A stretch of DNA of 64,000 nucleotides from Acidobacteriota bacterium. Its GTDB lineage: Bacteria; Acidobacteriota; UBA890; WLXD01. The notes beneath the pieces were generated by a model, which did no database searches, was not told where the DNA came from, and saw only the letters and a list, made by a program, of their open reading frames with translations. Within the stretch, counting starts at the first letter, position 1. Every line of letters begins with the position of its first letter. The stretch is from positions 608,001 to 672,000 of the forward strand of contig CAXWPL010000002.1 in NCBI GenBank assembly GCA_963666215.2, read 5' to 3'. This document shows positions 15,852-26,875 of the stretch, one piece after another. The translations under genes were made by a program, and so were the position numbers.

Positions 15852-15908
15852 GCTCCGCTCCATGGTCATGAGACGTCTCTACCGGATCGAAACGGAAGAA
15901 CGAATTCC

Positions 15909-16808
15909 ATGAAAGAGCATTCCCGCTACGCTCGGCGAGTTGCGCCCGCGCTTGCGCTTCTCGGCTCCATGGCCGTGGCACTGAGCTTGTCGCTACTGCC
16001 GCGCGTGGATGCGGCTCAGGGCCCGCCTCCCAACCTGGTTTACCCAGTGGATTTAGTCGCTGCCGAAGACGGTTGGGTCATCGCCGATTTCAAGGCCTTC
16101 GGACTCTTGAGGCTCTCCGCGGACGGCACCGTGACGTCGATACGTCAAGGAACGGGCATGCCCAAGACGCCCTTGTACGGCACCCGTTCGGTGATCGACG
16201 CGCCTGACGGCAATGGCTGGCTGGTGGCCGATCCAGGCACGTTCGGGTTGTACCGAGTGGACGCGGCCGGGGAGCTGTCGACGATCACCACCGAGCTCGA
16301 TATTCCGCAAGGGCTGGTGCGCTTCGACGACGCATCGGTGCTCGTTTCGGACCTGCGCAGCGGCATCGGTGCGGTCATGCGCGTGGGCCTCGATGGCCGC
16401 ACCAGCGTCTTCGCCGACGTCGACAGCCCCAAGGGCATCGTCGCCGACGGCGACGACGGTTTCGTGGTGGTCTCGCACGGAGCGCGCGCGTTGTTTCGGC
16501 TCTCACGCGACGGCCGCGTGAGCACGCTGGCGAGCGGTGAGCCTCTCGACTTTCCACACGATCTGGTTCGCGATCCCGACGGCAGCTTCGTCGTGACCGA
16601 CGGCTACGCCCAAGCGTTGCTGCGGGTGTCACCCAGCGGCGAAATCTCGGTGCTCGCGCAGGGCGATCCACTGGTCAATCCACAGGGCATCGTGCACGGT
16701 AGTGACGGCGGCTACGTGGTCGTCGATCCGCGCGCCGCGGCCGTGTTCCGCGTGTCGAGTGCCGGCGCTGTTACTCGCATCGCGAGTGTGGACGCCAGCG
16801 GCTCCTGA
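15909..16808 (+). CDS. Secreted NHL/SMP-30-like beta-propeller protein
   Basis: Signal peptide plus repeated PxGI/LV...DG.FVVxD blades. Confidence 0.75.
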   Translation: MKEHSRYARRVAPALALLGSMAVALSLSLLPRVDAAQGPPPNLVYPVDLVAAEDGWVIADFKAFGLLRLSADGTVTSIRQGTGMPKTPLYGTRSVIDAPDGNGWLVADPGTFGLYRVDAAGELSTITTELDIPQGLVRFDDASVLVSDLRSGIGAVMRVGLDGRTSVFADVDSPKGIVADGDDGFVVVSHGARALFRLSRDGRVSTLASGEPLDFPHDLVRDPDGSFVVTDGYAQALLRVSPSGEISVLAQGDPLVNPQGIVHGSDGGYVVVDPRAAAVFRVSSAGAVTRIASVDASGS

Positions 16809-16863
16809 GCACGGCTCGAGCGACTTCCCTCTCCACCGGCGGCCCAGCAGTCGCGCTCGGCCT

Positions 16864-17841
16864 TCAGTCTTGGAGCAAAACCGGACGTCCGGCCTGTTCC
16901 CATGCCGTGACCCAGAAGCTCGCCACCATCGTCGCGCCGAAGGCGAGACGCTCGGCCGCAACCTCGCTTGTGCGACCCCACATGGCACGCAGGTAGCCGG
17001 GGTTATCGGCCGCCAACCCACCCTCGGCGAGTGGCCATTCGGCCAGACTGCGCCGGTCGGCGAGTAGGATTTGATCGACCCACGGGTGACCGGAGATCAG
17101 CATGTCGAACGCGCCGTCAATCGGATTCGACACTCCAACGCCGAGGTCGGCGCGCAACTCGATCTGACGACGCAGTGGCAGCGCGTAGGCCTCAACGAGG
17201 TCGGACTCGAAACGCCTGTGAATGCCCCTTTGGCCGCTGAGCTGGCCGTCGTAGTTACCGGTGAGATGGAACGGCTGCGAGGCGTCTCCGACGTAGTGGC
17301 TCAGCACCGAGGCCAGGCACACGATCGCTTTAGAGTCGGGTTGTGGCGCCGCCATCGCCTGCGCCAGCTGGTCTGTATAGGCGGCAATCGTCCACGGCAG
17401 GGTGCCCCAGTCGGAGAGCTTCTCTCCGGCGCCAGCTCGGTACTCGGCGAAATCGCGCGAGATTCCGTTAAACGGATAGGGCGCAACGAGATCGGCGTCC
17501 AGATAGTGACGCGGATCCTCGCCGCCTTCCAATGCGGCAGCTCCGGTTGCGGGCTGACACAGACGCGCGTCGATGGGTCGCTCTTCGCGCGCCGCGGCGC
17601 GCCACAGGTCGGGGTCGAGGCTGTGAGCTCCGAGAAACTCCTGATGAGGCGCGAAGAACGAGCGCAGCTTTCTGGGCAACGCGTCAACCGCTCGTTCTGT
17701 CAGCAAAATGTGCCCGAGCCGGCCCCAGGCACCGGCGACCCCGGACGGCAGCACCAGAGCCGCAGCGACGATGACTGCGCCGAGTCTCCGTGCCGTTGTG
17801 ACCGCGAGCCGAGCTCGATCGCGTGGGCGGCGCTCAGTCAC
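16864..17841 (-). CDS. Secreted S1/P1 nuclease / Zn-dependent phospholipase C family protein
   Basis: Signal peptide then WGRLGH, HYLDAD, HYVGDASQPFH and IHRRFES zinc ligands. Confidence 0.85.
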   Translation of the reverse strand: MTERRPRDRARLAVTTARRLGAVIVAAALVLPSGVAGAWGRLGHILLTERAVDALPRKLRSFFAPHQEFLGAHSLDPDLWRAAAREERPIDARLCQPATGAAALEGGEDPRHYLDADLVAPYPFNGISRDFAEYRAGAGEKLSDWGTLPWTIAAYTDQLAQAMAAPQPDSKAIVCLASVLSHYVGDASQPFHLTGNYDGQLSGQRGIHRRFESDLVEAYALPLRRQIELRADLGVGVSNPIDGAFDMLISGHPWVDQILLADRRSLAEWPLAEGGLAADNPGYLRAMWGRTSEVAAERLAFGATMVASFWVTAWEQAGRPVLLQD

Positions 17842-18454
17842 CTGAAGGCACCACCGGCGCTGTAGCCTTCACGGGCTCGACAGCCTCGGGCAGCGGGCCC
17901 CGGATGGCTGCGTGAATCTCGGCGCCTTTGAGCTCGATCTCGTCCTCGGTCAGGCCGTCGATCTCGTGCGGAAAGACGATCCAATCGTTGTCCTCGACCT
18001 GCCAGTAGTCGGGCACCAATTCGGTCTCGTTCCGCTCTGGCTTGTAGTACACGGTCGCGACACGCATCTCAGGAGTGTTGCGCCGCGCGCGTCGGCGGAA
18101 TTCGTCGAGAATCGCGACCATCGTGTGGCCGGTGTCGAAGACGTCGTCGACAAAGAGCACGCGGTCGGTCGCCTCGATCACATCGATGATGTGATCGTGC
18201 CCCTTGATCTCGACGCCGCTCTGGCCACGTTGCATCCCGGAGTAGGACTGCGTCTTGATCGTCGTGTGATACGGATTGAGGCCGCGCAGCCGCAGGTAGT
18301 CGTGAATCGCGATCGCCGGCGGTGTTCCGCCTCGCCATACGCCCACGAGGAAGTCCGGGCGATAGCCGTCCTCCCAGATCTTGCGCGCCAGTCGCATGGA
18401 GTCGAGCAGCAGCGTGCGCGCGTCGACGAAGGTCTTGCGGATCTCAGCGCTCAT
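17834..18454 (-). CDS. Purine phosphoribosyltransferase family protein
   Basis: GVWRGG, VLFVDDVFDTGHT, ATVYYKP, WIVFPHE. Confidence 0.88.
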   Translation of the reverse strand: MSAEIRKTFVDARTLLLDSMRLARKIWEDGYRPDFLVGVWRGGTPPAIAIHDYLRLRGLNPYHTTIKTQSYSGMQRGQSGVEIKGHDHIIDVIEATDRVLFVDDVFDTGHTMVAILDEFRRRARRNTPEMRVATVYYKPERNETELVPDYWQVEDNDWIVFPHEIDGLTEDEIELKGAEIHAAIRGPLPEAVEPVKATAPVVPSGD

Positions 18455-18523
18455 GCGTTTCAGGGTTGGCTCGTCGTGGATGAGACGGTGTCTTCGTGCG
18501 AACACCGATTGGGCGACGCTAGC

Positions 18524-19566
18524 TGTGAGTTCTAGGTAGGTTGTTCACGAACTCACCCCTGAGAGCCGAGCGATCGGCGGTGTCATGCCGATGCCGGCGT
18601 GGGGACGGTGACGATTGTAGTGGTTGAGCCAGGGCCGTAGAGCTCGAGTACGTCGAGCTGAGGTCTGGTAGCAGGTGCCGTAGGCCCACTGCTCCTTGAG
18701 TGTGCGGATGAAGCGTTCGGCTTTGCCGTTGGTTCTGGGGGTGTAGGGCCGGGTGTAAATGTGCCGGATCTCGAGTTGATGGCATAGGCGATTGAAGCGC
18801 TTCGAGACGTAGCCAGGCCCGTTGTCTGTCATCACTCGGCGCACCGCTACTCCCATCGAAGCGAAGTGCTCGACGGCTCGCTGCAGGAACGCTGTGCAGG
18901 TGTGTTGGTCTTCGGCGGGCAGCACTTCGACGTACGCCACCCGAGAGTGATCGTCGATAGCGACGTGGGCGTTCTCCCAGCCGACGCCGTAGGCCCGCTT
19001 GGAGCGGTCGCCGTGGATGCGGTGTCCAGGTCGCCGGATACGGGCCAGTTTCTTCGTATCCAGGTGCAGTAGGTCACCGGGGTGCTCGTACTCGTAGCGA
19101 ACGATCTCGGGCTTGGGCTCGAGCGCATCAAGCTTGGCGAGTCCGAGCCGCTTCAGCCACGCCGAGACGGTCGAGCGCGGCACAGCCAACCTTCGGCTGA
19201 TCTGCCAGGCCGTCAGTCGCCGCCGACGTAGCTTGTCGATCTGCCTCACAACTCCAGCGCTTGTTGCGTGCGGACAGCACGTCGGCCGGCTTGATCGATC
19301 GAGCAGCCCGGCCTCACCTTCTCGCTCGTATCTATCCAGCCACTTGTAAACCGTTCGAGCCGACACGCCGAGCGCCGCCGCCGTTTCCGTCACGGGCTCC
19401 GCCCGCTCCCGGACTCGGCGGACCATCTCTCGGCGTATATACGGCATCGTGCGGGCGTTACCATGCAGCTGCATCGGGCGCTCCTTCTGAGGTCGTGGAG
19501 TCTTTTGAACAACCCCATTGATCTCAGAAGTGAGCCCCGATGTGAACAACCTACTTAGAAAACACA
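18524..19566 (-). mobile_element. IS481-family insertion sequence
   Basis: 25-bp terminal inverted repeats (18524..18548 and 19542..19566, 22/25 identical) with TGT...ACA ends. Both flanks are NCTAGN. Confidence 0.93.
18545..19474 (-). CDS. IS481 transposase
   Basis: MQLHGNART, HLDTKKL, AIDDHSR, MTDNG, TNGKAERF, YNRHRPH. Confidence 0.95.
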   Translation of the reverse strand: MQLHGNARTMPYIRREMVRRVRERAEPVTETAAALGVSARTVYKWLDRYEREGEAGLLDRSSRPTCCPHATSAGVVRQIDKLRRRRLTAWQISRRLAVPRSTVSAWLKRLGLAKLDALEPKPEIVRYEYEHPGDLLHLDTKKLARIRRPGHRIHGDRSKRAYGVGWENAHVAIDDHSRVAYVEVLPAEDQHTCTAFLQRAVEHFASMGVAVRRVMTDNGPGYVSKRFNRLCHQLEIRHIYTRPYTPRTNGKAERFIRTLKEQWAYGTCYQTSARRTRALRPWLNHYNRHRPHAGIGMTPPIARLSGVSS

Positions 19567-19778
19567 CCTAGTCGGGCTCGGCCGGCGCTGCAAACCGTGG
19601 CAAGGCGCTCGCGGATTCATGTTGACGAGGTTCGGTCGCGACCTTAAGCTGGCGTCCGTAGCTGGGCCATGAGCGGCGGCTGTTAGGGGGCTAACCGCGC
19701 CGCACGTCTTGGGTGAATTTTGGGGCGCAGCACGTCTGGCCGTGAGTAACACCGGGGGCGTGCTGCATCCGCACGGAG

Positions 19779-21212
19779 GTGGGCATGGGGCACGACTTCA
19801 TCCACACGGTTCGCGCGTTCTCTGCCGAGATGGTGCGCTATACGTCGGAGCATCTCGAAACGGCGCACGGCTTCCCACGTGGGCTGCAGCTGACCACAGC
19901 CTCCGAAGTGCTCGAGTTCATTCGCGAGCACGAGATCACGTCGGTGCGCTTGTGGTTCACCGACATTCTCGGATTCCTCAAAACCTTCCAGATCACGCCC
20001 ACCGAGCTCGAGGGCGCCTTCGAGGAGGGCATGGGGTTCGACGGATCGTCGGTCCACGGCTACCAGCGCATCCAAGAGAGCGACATGATCGCCGTGCCAA
20101 TCCCCGAGACGGCGCAGTTCATTCCCTTCTCGGTGGGCCCGTCGCGCTGCCTGCGAATGTACGCCGAGATCCGCAACCCGAACGGCACGGCCTACGCCGG
20201 TGACCCGCGCCAAATCCTCAAGCGCCAGCTCGCGCGCCTCGACGAACACGGCTTCAGCCACATGAACATCGGTCCCGAGGCCGAGTACTTCTACTTCCGC
20301 GACGAGCATCGCCCCGAGCCGATCGACAGCGCCGGCTACTTCGACCTCGTCCCCGTCGATGTCGGCGACGATCTTCGTGAAGCCACGGTCTATGCACTCG
20401 AGGCAATGGGCATCCAGGTCGAGTACACCCATCACGAGGTTGCCCCCAGCCAGCACGAGATCGACCTCAAGTACAAAGACGCGCTGACGATGGCCGACAA
20501 CCTGCAGACCTATAAGTGGTTGGTCAAGGAAATCGCGCGTCGCAACGGCGTACACGCCACGTTCATGCCGAAGCCGCTCGCCGGCGAGAACGGCAGCGGC
20601 ATGCACACGCACCTATCGATTTTCAACGGCGTCGGCAACGCGTTCTACGACGCCAACGATGAGCATCATCTCTCCACGGCCGCCAAGCACTTCCTGGCAG
20701 GCGTGCTGCACTACTCGCGTGACATCTGCTTGATCACCAACCAATGGTTCAACTCATACAAACGCCTGGTTCCCGGCTACGAAGCGCCGGTCTATATCGC
20801 CTGGGCAGAGCGCAATCGTTCCGCGCTCGTGCGCATTCCGCAGTACAAGCCGGGCAAGGAAGTGGCCACGCGTATCGAGCTGCGATTCCCCGACGCCGCC
20901 TGCAATCCGTACCTGGCATTCGCGGTGATGCTGGCAGCAGGCCTGGACGGGCTCGAAAAGAAGTTGGAGCTGCGTGAGCCACGCGTCGACGACCTGTACC
21001 ACCTGTCGCCGGTCGATCGCGCCGAGCAGGGGATCGAGTCGCTGCCGCACGATCTCTACGCGGCGGTGCAGTGCGCCAAGGATTCCGAGCTGCTGCGCGA
21101 GGCGCTCGGCGGCAACGTGCTCGACAAGATCGTCGCGACGAAGACCAACGAGTACGACGCCTACCGGCTGCACGTCTCGAACATGGAGCTCGCCGAGAGC
21201 CTCAAGCTCTAG
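19779..21212 (+). CDS. glnA: Type I glutamine synthetase family protein
   Basis: FDGSS, HHEVAPSQHEI, ATFMPKP, NGSGMH, YKRLVPGYEAP, NRSA, RIELR. Confidence 0.9.
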   Translation: MGMGHDFIHTVRAFSAEMVRYTSEHLETAHGFPRGLQLTTASEVLEFIREHEITSVRLWFTDILGFLKTFQITPTELEGAFEEGMGFDGSSVHGYQRIQESDMIAVPIPETAQFIPFSVGPSRCLRMYAEIRNPNGTAYAGDPRQILKRQLARLDEHGFSHMNIGPEAEYFYFRDEHRPEPIDSAGYFDLVPVDVGDDLREATVYALEAMGIQVEYTHHEVAPSQHEIDLKYKDALTMADNLQTYKWLVKEIARRNGVHATFMPKPLAGENGSGMHTHLSIFNGVGNAFYDANDEHHLSTAAKHFLAGVLHYSRDICLITNQWFNSYKRLVPGYEAPVYIAWAERNRSALVRIPQYKPGKEVATRIELRFPDAACNPYLAFAVMLAAGLDGLEKKLELREPRVDDLYHLSPVDRAEQGIESLPHDLYAAVQCAKDSELLREALGGNVLDKIVATKTNEYDAYRLHVSNMELAESLKL

Positions 21213-21309
21213 GGCTCTGGCAATCGTCCGGCGCCCATCGGGCGCGTAGCGCTCGGCGCGCGGGTTTTGCCCTCACGACGAAACCCGGAGATCGATTGCG
21301 GCGTCATAA

Positions 21310-21328
21310 CTAGCAAAGTTAATGCTAG
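21310..21328. promoter_or_regulatory. Inverted repeat upstream of padR, candidate operator
   Basis: ctagca-N7-tgctag in an AT-rich patch 15 bp before the ATG. Confidence 0.45.
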
Positions 21329-21343
21329 CGCCGGAGATCCCTG

Positions 21344-21670
21344 ATGCCGCGTGAAAGTCTCGGAGAGCTTGAACACCGAGTACTGCTCGCGATCCTGCGT
21401 CTTGGAGGCGAGGCGTACAGCCTTCCTGTCGTCATCGAGCTGGAAACACGAACGGGGTCGAGGGCGGCCCCCGCGGCGGTGTACATCGCCCTGCGACGGC
21501 TAGAAAAGAAAGGCCTGCTGAGCTCCGATCTGCGGCTCGGGCCGGTGGAAGAGGGCGCGCGGGAGCGACGCTATTTTCGTCTCGAAGAACCTGCTCGAGA
21601 ACGTCTGCGGGACACGCGCCGGGAGCTCTTGGCTCTCTGGGACGGAGTCGCGTCGGAGCTCGATGGATGA
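21344..21670 (+). CDS. PadR family transcriptional regulator
   Basis: LGELEHRVLLAIL, AVYIALRRLEKKG, RRYF. Confidence 0.9.
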   Translation: MPRESLGELEHRVLLAILRLGGEAYSLPVVIELETRTGSRAAPAAVYIALRRLEKKGLLSSDLRLGPVEEGARERRYFRLEEPARERLRDTRRELLALWDGVASELDG

Positions 21671-24318
21671 CGCGATCCGTGCACGCCAGACCGCCGCGTG
21701 TGGCCCAAGCTCTGCTGGCGCGCTTGCTGCCCGCTGCCGAACGCGCCCACCTGTTGGCGCTTATCGACGATCTGCACGCGCTGCGCCGCGCTTCCGACGG
21801 TGCGTTCCGCGCCGATGCCTGGTACTGCACACAAGCCCTCACGTTCCCCCTGCGAATGATGTTGAGCGCCGTTATCACGCGCCCCTTCCCGACGAGCCGA
21901 GAAACCGTGTCGAAGCTGCTCTATGAACCCGTCACGTCCTCCGCAGATTGATGCGCCAGCCGACGTTCTCGATCGCGACCGTTCTGACGCTAGCGCTCGG
22001 TGTGGGGGCCAACACGGCGATCTACAGCCTTGTGAAGGGGGTTCTGCTCGATCCGCTCCCCTACTCCGACTCCGACCAGCTCGTGGGCCTCTGGCACAGC
22101 GCGCCAGGACTCAATCTCCCGGAGTTCGAACAGTCCGAAGCGACCTACCTCTTCTATCGTGACAACGCTCGGACGCTGCAGTCGGTTGGACTCTACGCAC
22201 AGACTTCGCGAACTCTCACGGGAGAAGCGATTCCCCGGCGCCTGTCAGCGGCCGGCGTAACCGCCACGATGTTCGAGACCCTCGCGGTAGCGCCGGTCTT
22301 GGGGCGTTCTTTCCATCCGCAGGAGATGCTCCCCGGGGCCGCCCGAGTCGCGTTGGTGAGTTACTCGCTGTGGCAAGGCTCCTATGGCGGCAGCCCGAGC
22401 ATCCTGGGCACCACCACGATGCTCAACGGACAGGCTACCGAGATCATCGGTGTCATTGGCTGACGGCTTCGAGTTCCCGGCTCCTGAGATCGAGCTGTGG
22501 CTGCCTCTGCGCTTCGATCCGGCGGCTCCGGCGGTGAGCAACTTCTCGATGCGCGCCGTCGCCCGTCTGGCGCCCGGCAGCACCGCGGTCGACGCCAAGC
22601 GAGAGCTCGACACACTGTTGCTCCGGCTGCCCGAGACCTATTCCGACGAACTGGTCAACGCCCAAATGATGCGCGACGCGGAAATGACGACCACCGTCCG
22701 CCCTCTCAAGGCGGACATCGTCGGTGACGTCGGATCGGTACTTTGGATTCTGCTTGGCGCGGTGGGGTTTGTTCTGCTCGTTGCCTGCGCCAACGTGGCG
22801 AATCTATTCCTGGTGAGGGCAGAGTCGCGCGAGCGGGAGATCGCCGTGCGCTGTGCGCTCGGGGCTGGACGCGCGGGCCTCACTCGACTGTTTCTCGCCG
22901 ACGGTCTTGTGGTGGCAGCGATCGGCGGCGTTGCTGGACTCGCGGTCGCCTGGCTGGCGGTCCGCGCCCTCACCTCCACGAACGCCGTAGCCATCCCTCG
23001 CATTGAGGAGGTCGGAATCGACGCGGCGATGATCGTGTTCTGCGGCGGCGTCTCGCTGCTGGCGGCAATCGTCTGCGCAGCCTACCCGATGTGGCGCTAC
23101 AGCGGCCGGCACGCCTATGCCGGTCTGCGCGGAGGCCGTGGCGATACGGCGACTCGCAAGCGCCTCTACGCTCGCAACGCGCTCGTTGTCGCCCAGGTGG
23201 CGATGGCGCTGATGCTGCTCGTCGGATCGGGGTTGATGGCGCGTAGTTTCTGGGGCCTCGCCACCGTCGACCCCGGATTCGTTGACGACAACGTCCTGAC
23301 GATGCGCCTTTCGCCTGTTGGCCCGGCGTACGAGACACAGCTGCAGGTCACTGCGCTCTACGATGCCGTCCTCGCGGGAATCGCGACGCTGCCGGGTGTC
23401 GACACCGTCGGAGCGGTGGACCACCTTCCGATGGCTCACGACGGCAACCGTTCGACGATCTGGTTCGAGGACTTCCCGACCCCCGAGAACGAGCTGCCCG
23501 ACGTCTTTCTGCAACGCTTCGCGACCCCGGGCTACTTCGAGAGCGTCGGCATCCCGATCATCAGAGGGAGAGTGTTCGAGGCGCGCGACCATGGGGAGCG
23601 GATCCCCGTGGCGATCATCAGCCAGGCGGTCGCCGATCGCCTGTGGGCCGAGCGCAACCCAGTTGGCCGTCGCGTGCGTCGCGGGCCGGGCGGCTCCTGG
23701 TACGAGATCGTGGGCGTCGCCGGAGACATCCGCAACGGCGGGCTCGGTCGATCTACTTCGCGATCGATGGGCCAACGGACAGCGGCTATCTTCAGGACTC
23801 CTACGTGCTGACCACGAGGCGACAACGTCCTGACGATGCGCGAGATGATCAGCGGCGTCGACGCAACGCTGCCGCTGACCTCGATCCAGCCGCTCGAGGT
23901 CGTGGTGTCGGCATCGGTGTCACGGATCTCGTTCGCCATGGCGGTGCTGGCGATCGCCGCCGCGATGACACTGCTGCTCGGCGCCATAGGCCTACACGGC
24001 GTCGTTTCCTACGTTGTCGGCCAACGCACGCGCGAGATCGGCGTCCGCATGGCACTCGGCGCTCGAGGCGGCGAGGTGGCGCGCATGGTCGTGCAGCAAG
24101 ATCTGTTGCTGACCGTGGCCGGCGTCGCAATCGGGCTGCTCGGCGCCGCGGTGCTGACCCGCTTCCTGGGCGCACTGCTCTACGAAGTCAGCCCGCTCGA
24201 CCCGGTGGCCTTCGTGGTCACCAGCCTCACCCTGCTGGGCGTTTCGTTCCTCGCCAGCTACCTGCCGGCGCGACGTGCCTCCAGCGTCGATCCGGCGATC
24301 GCGCTGCGGGCGGAGTAG
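21667..24318 (+). CDS. ADOP-type (MacB/FtsX duplicated) ABC permease, split by about 3 frameshifts
   Basis: TLALGVGANTAIYS, LLVACANVANL, REIAVRCALGA, QRTREIGVRMALGA and PARRASSVDP.ALRAE, spread over four ORFs with breaks near 21945, 22455 and 23750-23830. Confidence 0.85.
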
Positions 24319-24346
24319 AGGTTGCGCTCCGGTTGGATGCGACCCA

Positions 24347-25144
24347 TCACATCATCGATTGGTTGCGACCGCCGTCGATGGCGATCATCGTGCCCGTCAC
24401 GTAGGAGGCCAGCTCCGAGGCCAGGAAAAGCACCGGACCCGCAAACTCCGACGGTTCCGCGATGCGGCGCAACGGGACGCTGGCGCGCCACGCGGCGCGG
24501 ATCTGGTCAACGTCGATGCCGCGGCGCTCGGCCGCGGCGGCGGCGAGCTGATCGAGCCGTTCGGTAGCGGTAAATCCAGGGCCGACGCTGTTAACCAGGA
24601 CGTTGTCGGGGCCGACCTCGTTGGCCAGCGTCTTGGCCCAGCCGATGACCGCGAGTCGGATGCTGTTGGAGAGCAGCAGCGCTTCGACGGGTTGTTTCAC
24701 GGACGTCGACGTCACGTTGATGATGCGGCCCCATCGCTGCTGCCGCATCGCGGGCAGAATGCGACGTGTGGTCTCGACAGCCGACATCAGAGTCAAATCG
24801 ACGGCTCTACGCCAATCGGCCTCCGACAGATCGTCGAACGTGCCCGAGGGCGGGCCACCCGCGTTATTGACGAGGATGTCGATGGCACCGCCTTCGAGGG
24901 CGCTCTGGGTCATCGCCTCGATGTCTGCGACACTCGTCAAGTCGGCGACAAGCGTCACCGGGCGCGAGCCCGTGGCCGACTTCGATTCGATCTTGGCGGC
25001 GGCCGCGTCGAGGCGCTCTTGGCTCCGTGCGGAGATCAGCACCTCGGCGCCGGCCGCCGACAGAGCTTCTGCGACAGCAAGGCCCAGGCCGGCGCTCGCA
25101 CCGCACACCAGAGCTCGACGTCCCGAGAGATCGATCGAGATCAC
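24347..25144 (-). CDS. SDR family oxidoreductase
   Basis: GASAGLG, VNNAGGP, NSVGPG, IDGG. Confidence 0.9.
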   Translation of the reverse strand: MISIDLSGRRALVCGASAGLGLAVAEALSAAGAEVLISARSQERLDAAAAKIESKSATGSRPVTLVADLTSVADIEAMTQSALEGGAIDILVNNAGGPPSGTFDDLSEADWRRAVDLTLMSAVETTRRILPAMRQQRWGRIINVTSTSVKQPVEALLLSNSIRLAVIGWAKTLANEVGPDNVLVNSVGPGFTATERLDQLAAAAAERRGIDVDQIRAAWRASVPLRRIAEPSEFAGPVLFLASELASYVTGTMIAIDGGRNQSMM

Positions 25145-25545
25145 CCTTCCTCTCCCGCTCTCGCGTTACCGCGCAAGTAGGCGTCTTCGCCGCTCAGCCA
25201 GTCCTCGCGAGGCGGGCTGAAGCAGTCCATGTCGAGGGTGTTCTCGAGCGCCTCAGCGGCATGTTCGACGTGCGGCGGAATGACCATGATCTCGCCAGCG
25301 TTGACGTCGACCGTGCTGCCATCGCCGAAGGTGAAGCGCAAGCAGCCGCTGACGACGTGAGTGATCTGCTCGTTGTGATGGCTGTGCATGGGTACGAGGC
25401 CGCCCTTCTTGAGGTGGACCTGGGCCCACATCACCTGGCCGCCGGTGACGATCTGGCGACTGATCGTGGGCGACAGCTCCTCCATCGGTACGTCGGACCA
25501 GTTGCGAACCTCTAACACGGGACTCCTCCATTCGATCTGGCTCAC
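25141..25545 (-). CDS. Cupin domain protein
   Basis: HSHHNEQ...IPPHVEH...FSPPREDW. Confidence 0.88.
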   Translation of the reverse strand: MSQIEWRSPVLEVRNWSDVPMEELSPTISRQIVTGGQVMWAQVHLKKGGLVPMHSHHNEQITHVVSGCLRFTFGDGSTVDVNAGEIMVIPPHVEHAAEALENTLDMDCFSPPREDWLSGEDAYLRGNARAGEEG

Positions 25546-25683
25546 CGCGGGGCGAACGGGGCGACGGCGAAGTCGGGCCGTCCGGTCGAGTCGATCGCGC
25601 TGCGGGCCGAGTTTGCGCTGTGGCTTCGACTCCGCGATCCTACACTCGCTCGCTCATCGACAACGCCAGAGTCGCGAATACGG

Positions 25684-26430
25684 ATGCCAGACGAAGTCGT
25701 CCACCGAGAAAGCGGGCCGCACCCAGCGCTGCTGGTGGCGGCCCTGGTGCTAGCAACAACCATTGCCGTGGTTGCCGCGGAGGGACTCCGCGCCGGGATT
25801 TCACGCACCTCGACCGCACTCTTCTACGGTTCAACAACCGCCATAACCAGCTCTTTCGCCGTATGGACGGCCGCTCAGCTGGGCCTGCCCACTTTTCTTC
25901 TTGTCGCACCCATGTCGTGGCGCCGCCGCTTGCTGCGCTTCTCGAGCTACGGCATCCTCGCCGGCTTACTGATGGCGCTAGCCAGCGCGTTGACCTCCCT
26001 GCCGGTGGCCGACAGCACGCTGCGCCCGTGGTTCATGCGCGGCGTCGACAGCTTCGGCGACGTGGTCGTGCTCTCCACACGCGCAGCGCTGCTCGAAGAG
26101 ACCCTTTTCCGGTTGTTTGCGATTCCATTCCTGGTCTCGGTGCTGATGCGATGGAACCATCAGTGGCGGCCACGGTTCGCTCTACGATTCCGGGACGGCG
26201 AAGCCAAGGCCACCGTGGGAGGCACATCACCGAAGCCCTCCCCCGAGGCGGTGGCTCTGGCCATCGTGGGGTCGGCGCTCCTGTTCGGCCTGTCTCACCC
26301 CTTCAACCCACTGCCTGCCATCCTGTTTGGCCTCGTGCTCGGGGTGTGCTACCTGCGCGGCGGCTGGGAGTCGGCGGTGACGGCACATCTGCTGTCGAAC
26401 TGCATTGTCTTCTCTTCGCTCTATCTGTAG
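25684..26430 (+). CDS. CPBP family intramembrane metalloprotease
   Basis: Transmembrane helices with EETLFR, FGLSH and HLLSN motifs. Confidence 0.8.
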   Translation: MPDEVVHRESGPHPALLVAALVLATTIAVVAAEGLRAGISRTSTALFYGSTTAITSSFAVWTAAQLGLPTFLLVAPMSWRRRLLRFSSYGILAGLLMALASALTSLPVADSTLRPWFMRGVDSFGDVVVLSTRAALLEETLFRLFAIPFLVSVLMRWNHQWRPRFALRFRDGEAKATVGGTSPKPSPEAVALAIVGSALLFGLSHPFNPLPAILFGLVLGVCYLRGGWESAVTAHLLSNCIVFSSLYL

Positions 26431-26545
26431 CCGTGGCGCCGACGGAATGTGAAACTCCCCGAAGTGGCTCCGAAAGCCGAGAAACCTCGGCGCCTGGCGC
26501 CCGTATAGAGTTGAAGTCAGCTGCTACCGATCCTTACCCGCGGAG

Positions 26546-26875
26546 ATGCCCGTGCTCGAGTTCGCTGCGTTGTTCTTCGGCTTGACGATCGCGGCCGTCG
26601 TTTTGAGCATCGTCGCCGTGGTGGGGCTGGTGTTGTTCGCAGTGGTCGCGTTGCCGCTCTACCTGCTCGGCAAGGTCGTCGGGTTCGGGCTCAAGGCGGC
26701 GTTCGGAGTGTTCGGCTTGATCGGCCTGATGCTGGGCGGCTTGCTTCTGCTGCCGGTGATGCTGCTCGTGGGTGGTCTCTTGCTGCTGAAGTTCCTAGTG
26801 ATTGGGCTTCCGCTGCTGATCGTCGGCCTGCTCATTTGGGCCATGGTGTCGGTGCTGCGCCCCGCATTCGCCTAG
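26546..26875 (+). CDS. Small hydrophobic membrane protein
   Basis: 109-aa almost entirely hydrophobic ORF with a GGAG just upstream. Confidence 0.6.
   Translation: MPVLEFAALFFGLTIAAVVLSIVAVVGLVLFAVVALPLYLLGKVVGFGLKAAFGVFGLIGLMLGGLLLLPVMLLVGGLLLLKFLVIGLPLLIVGLLIWAMVSVLRPAFA

Noticed and set aside
19598-19612. Sigma54 promoter upstream of glnA (TGGCAA-N5-TCGC)
   Set aside because: The -12 element is imperfect and such matches are common at this GC content.
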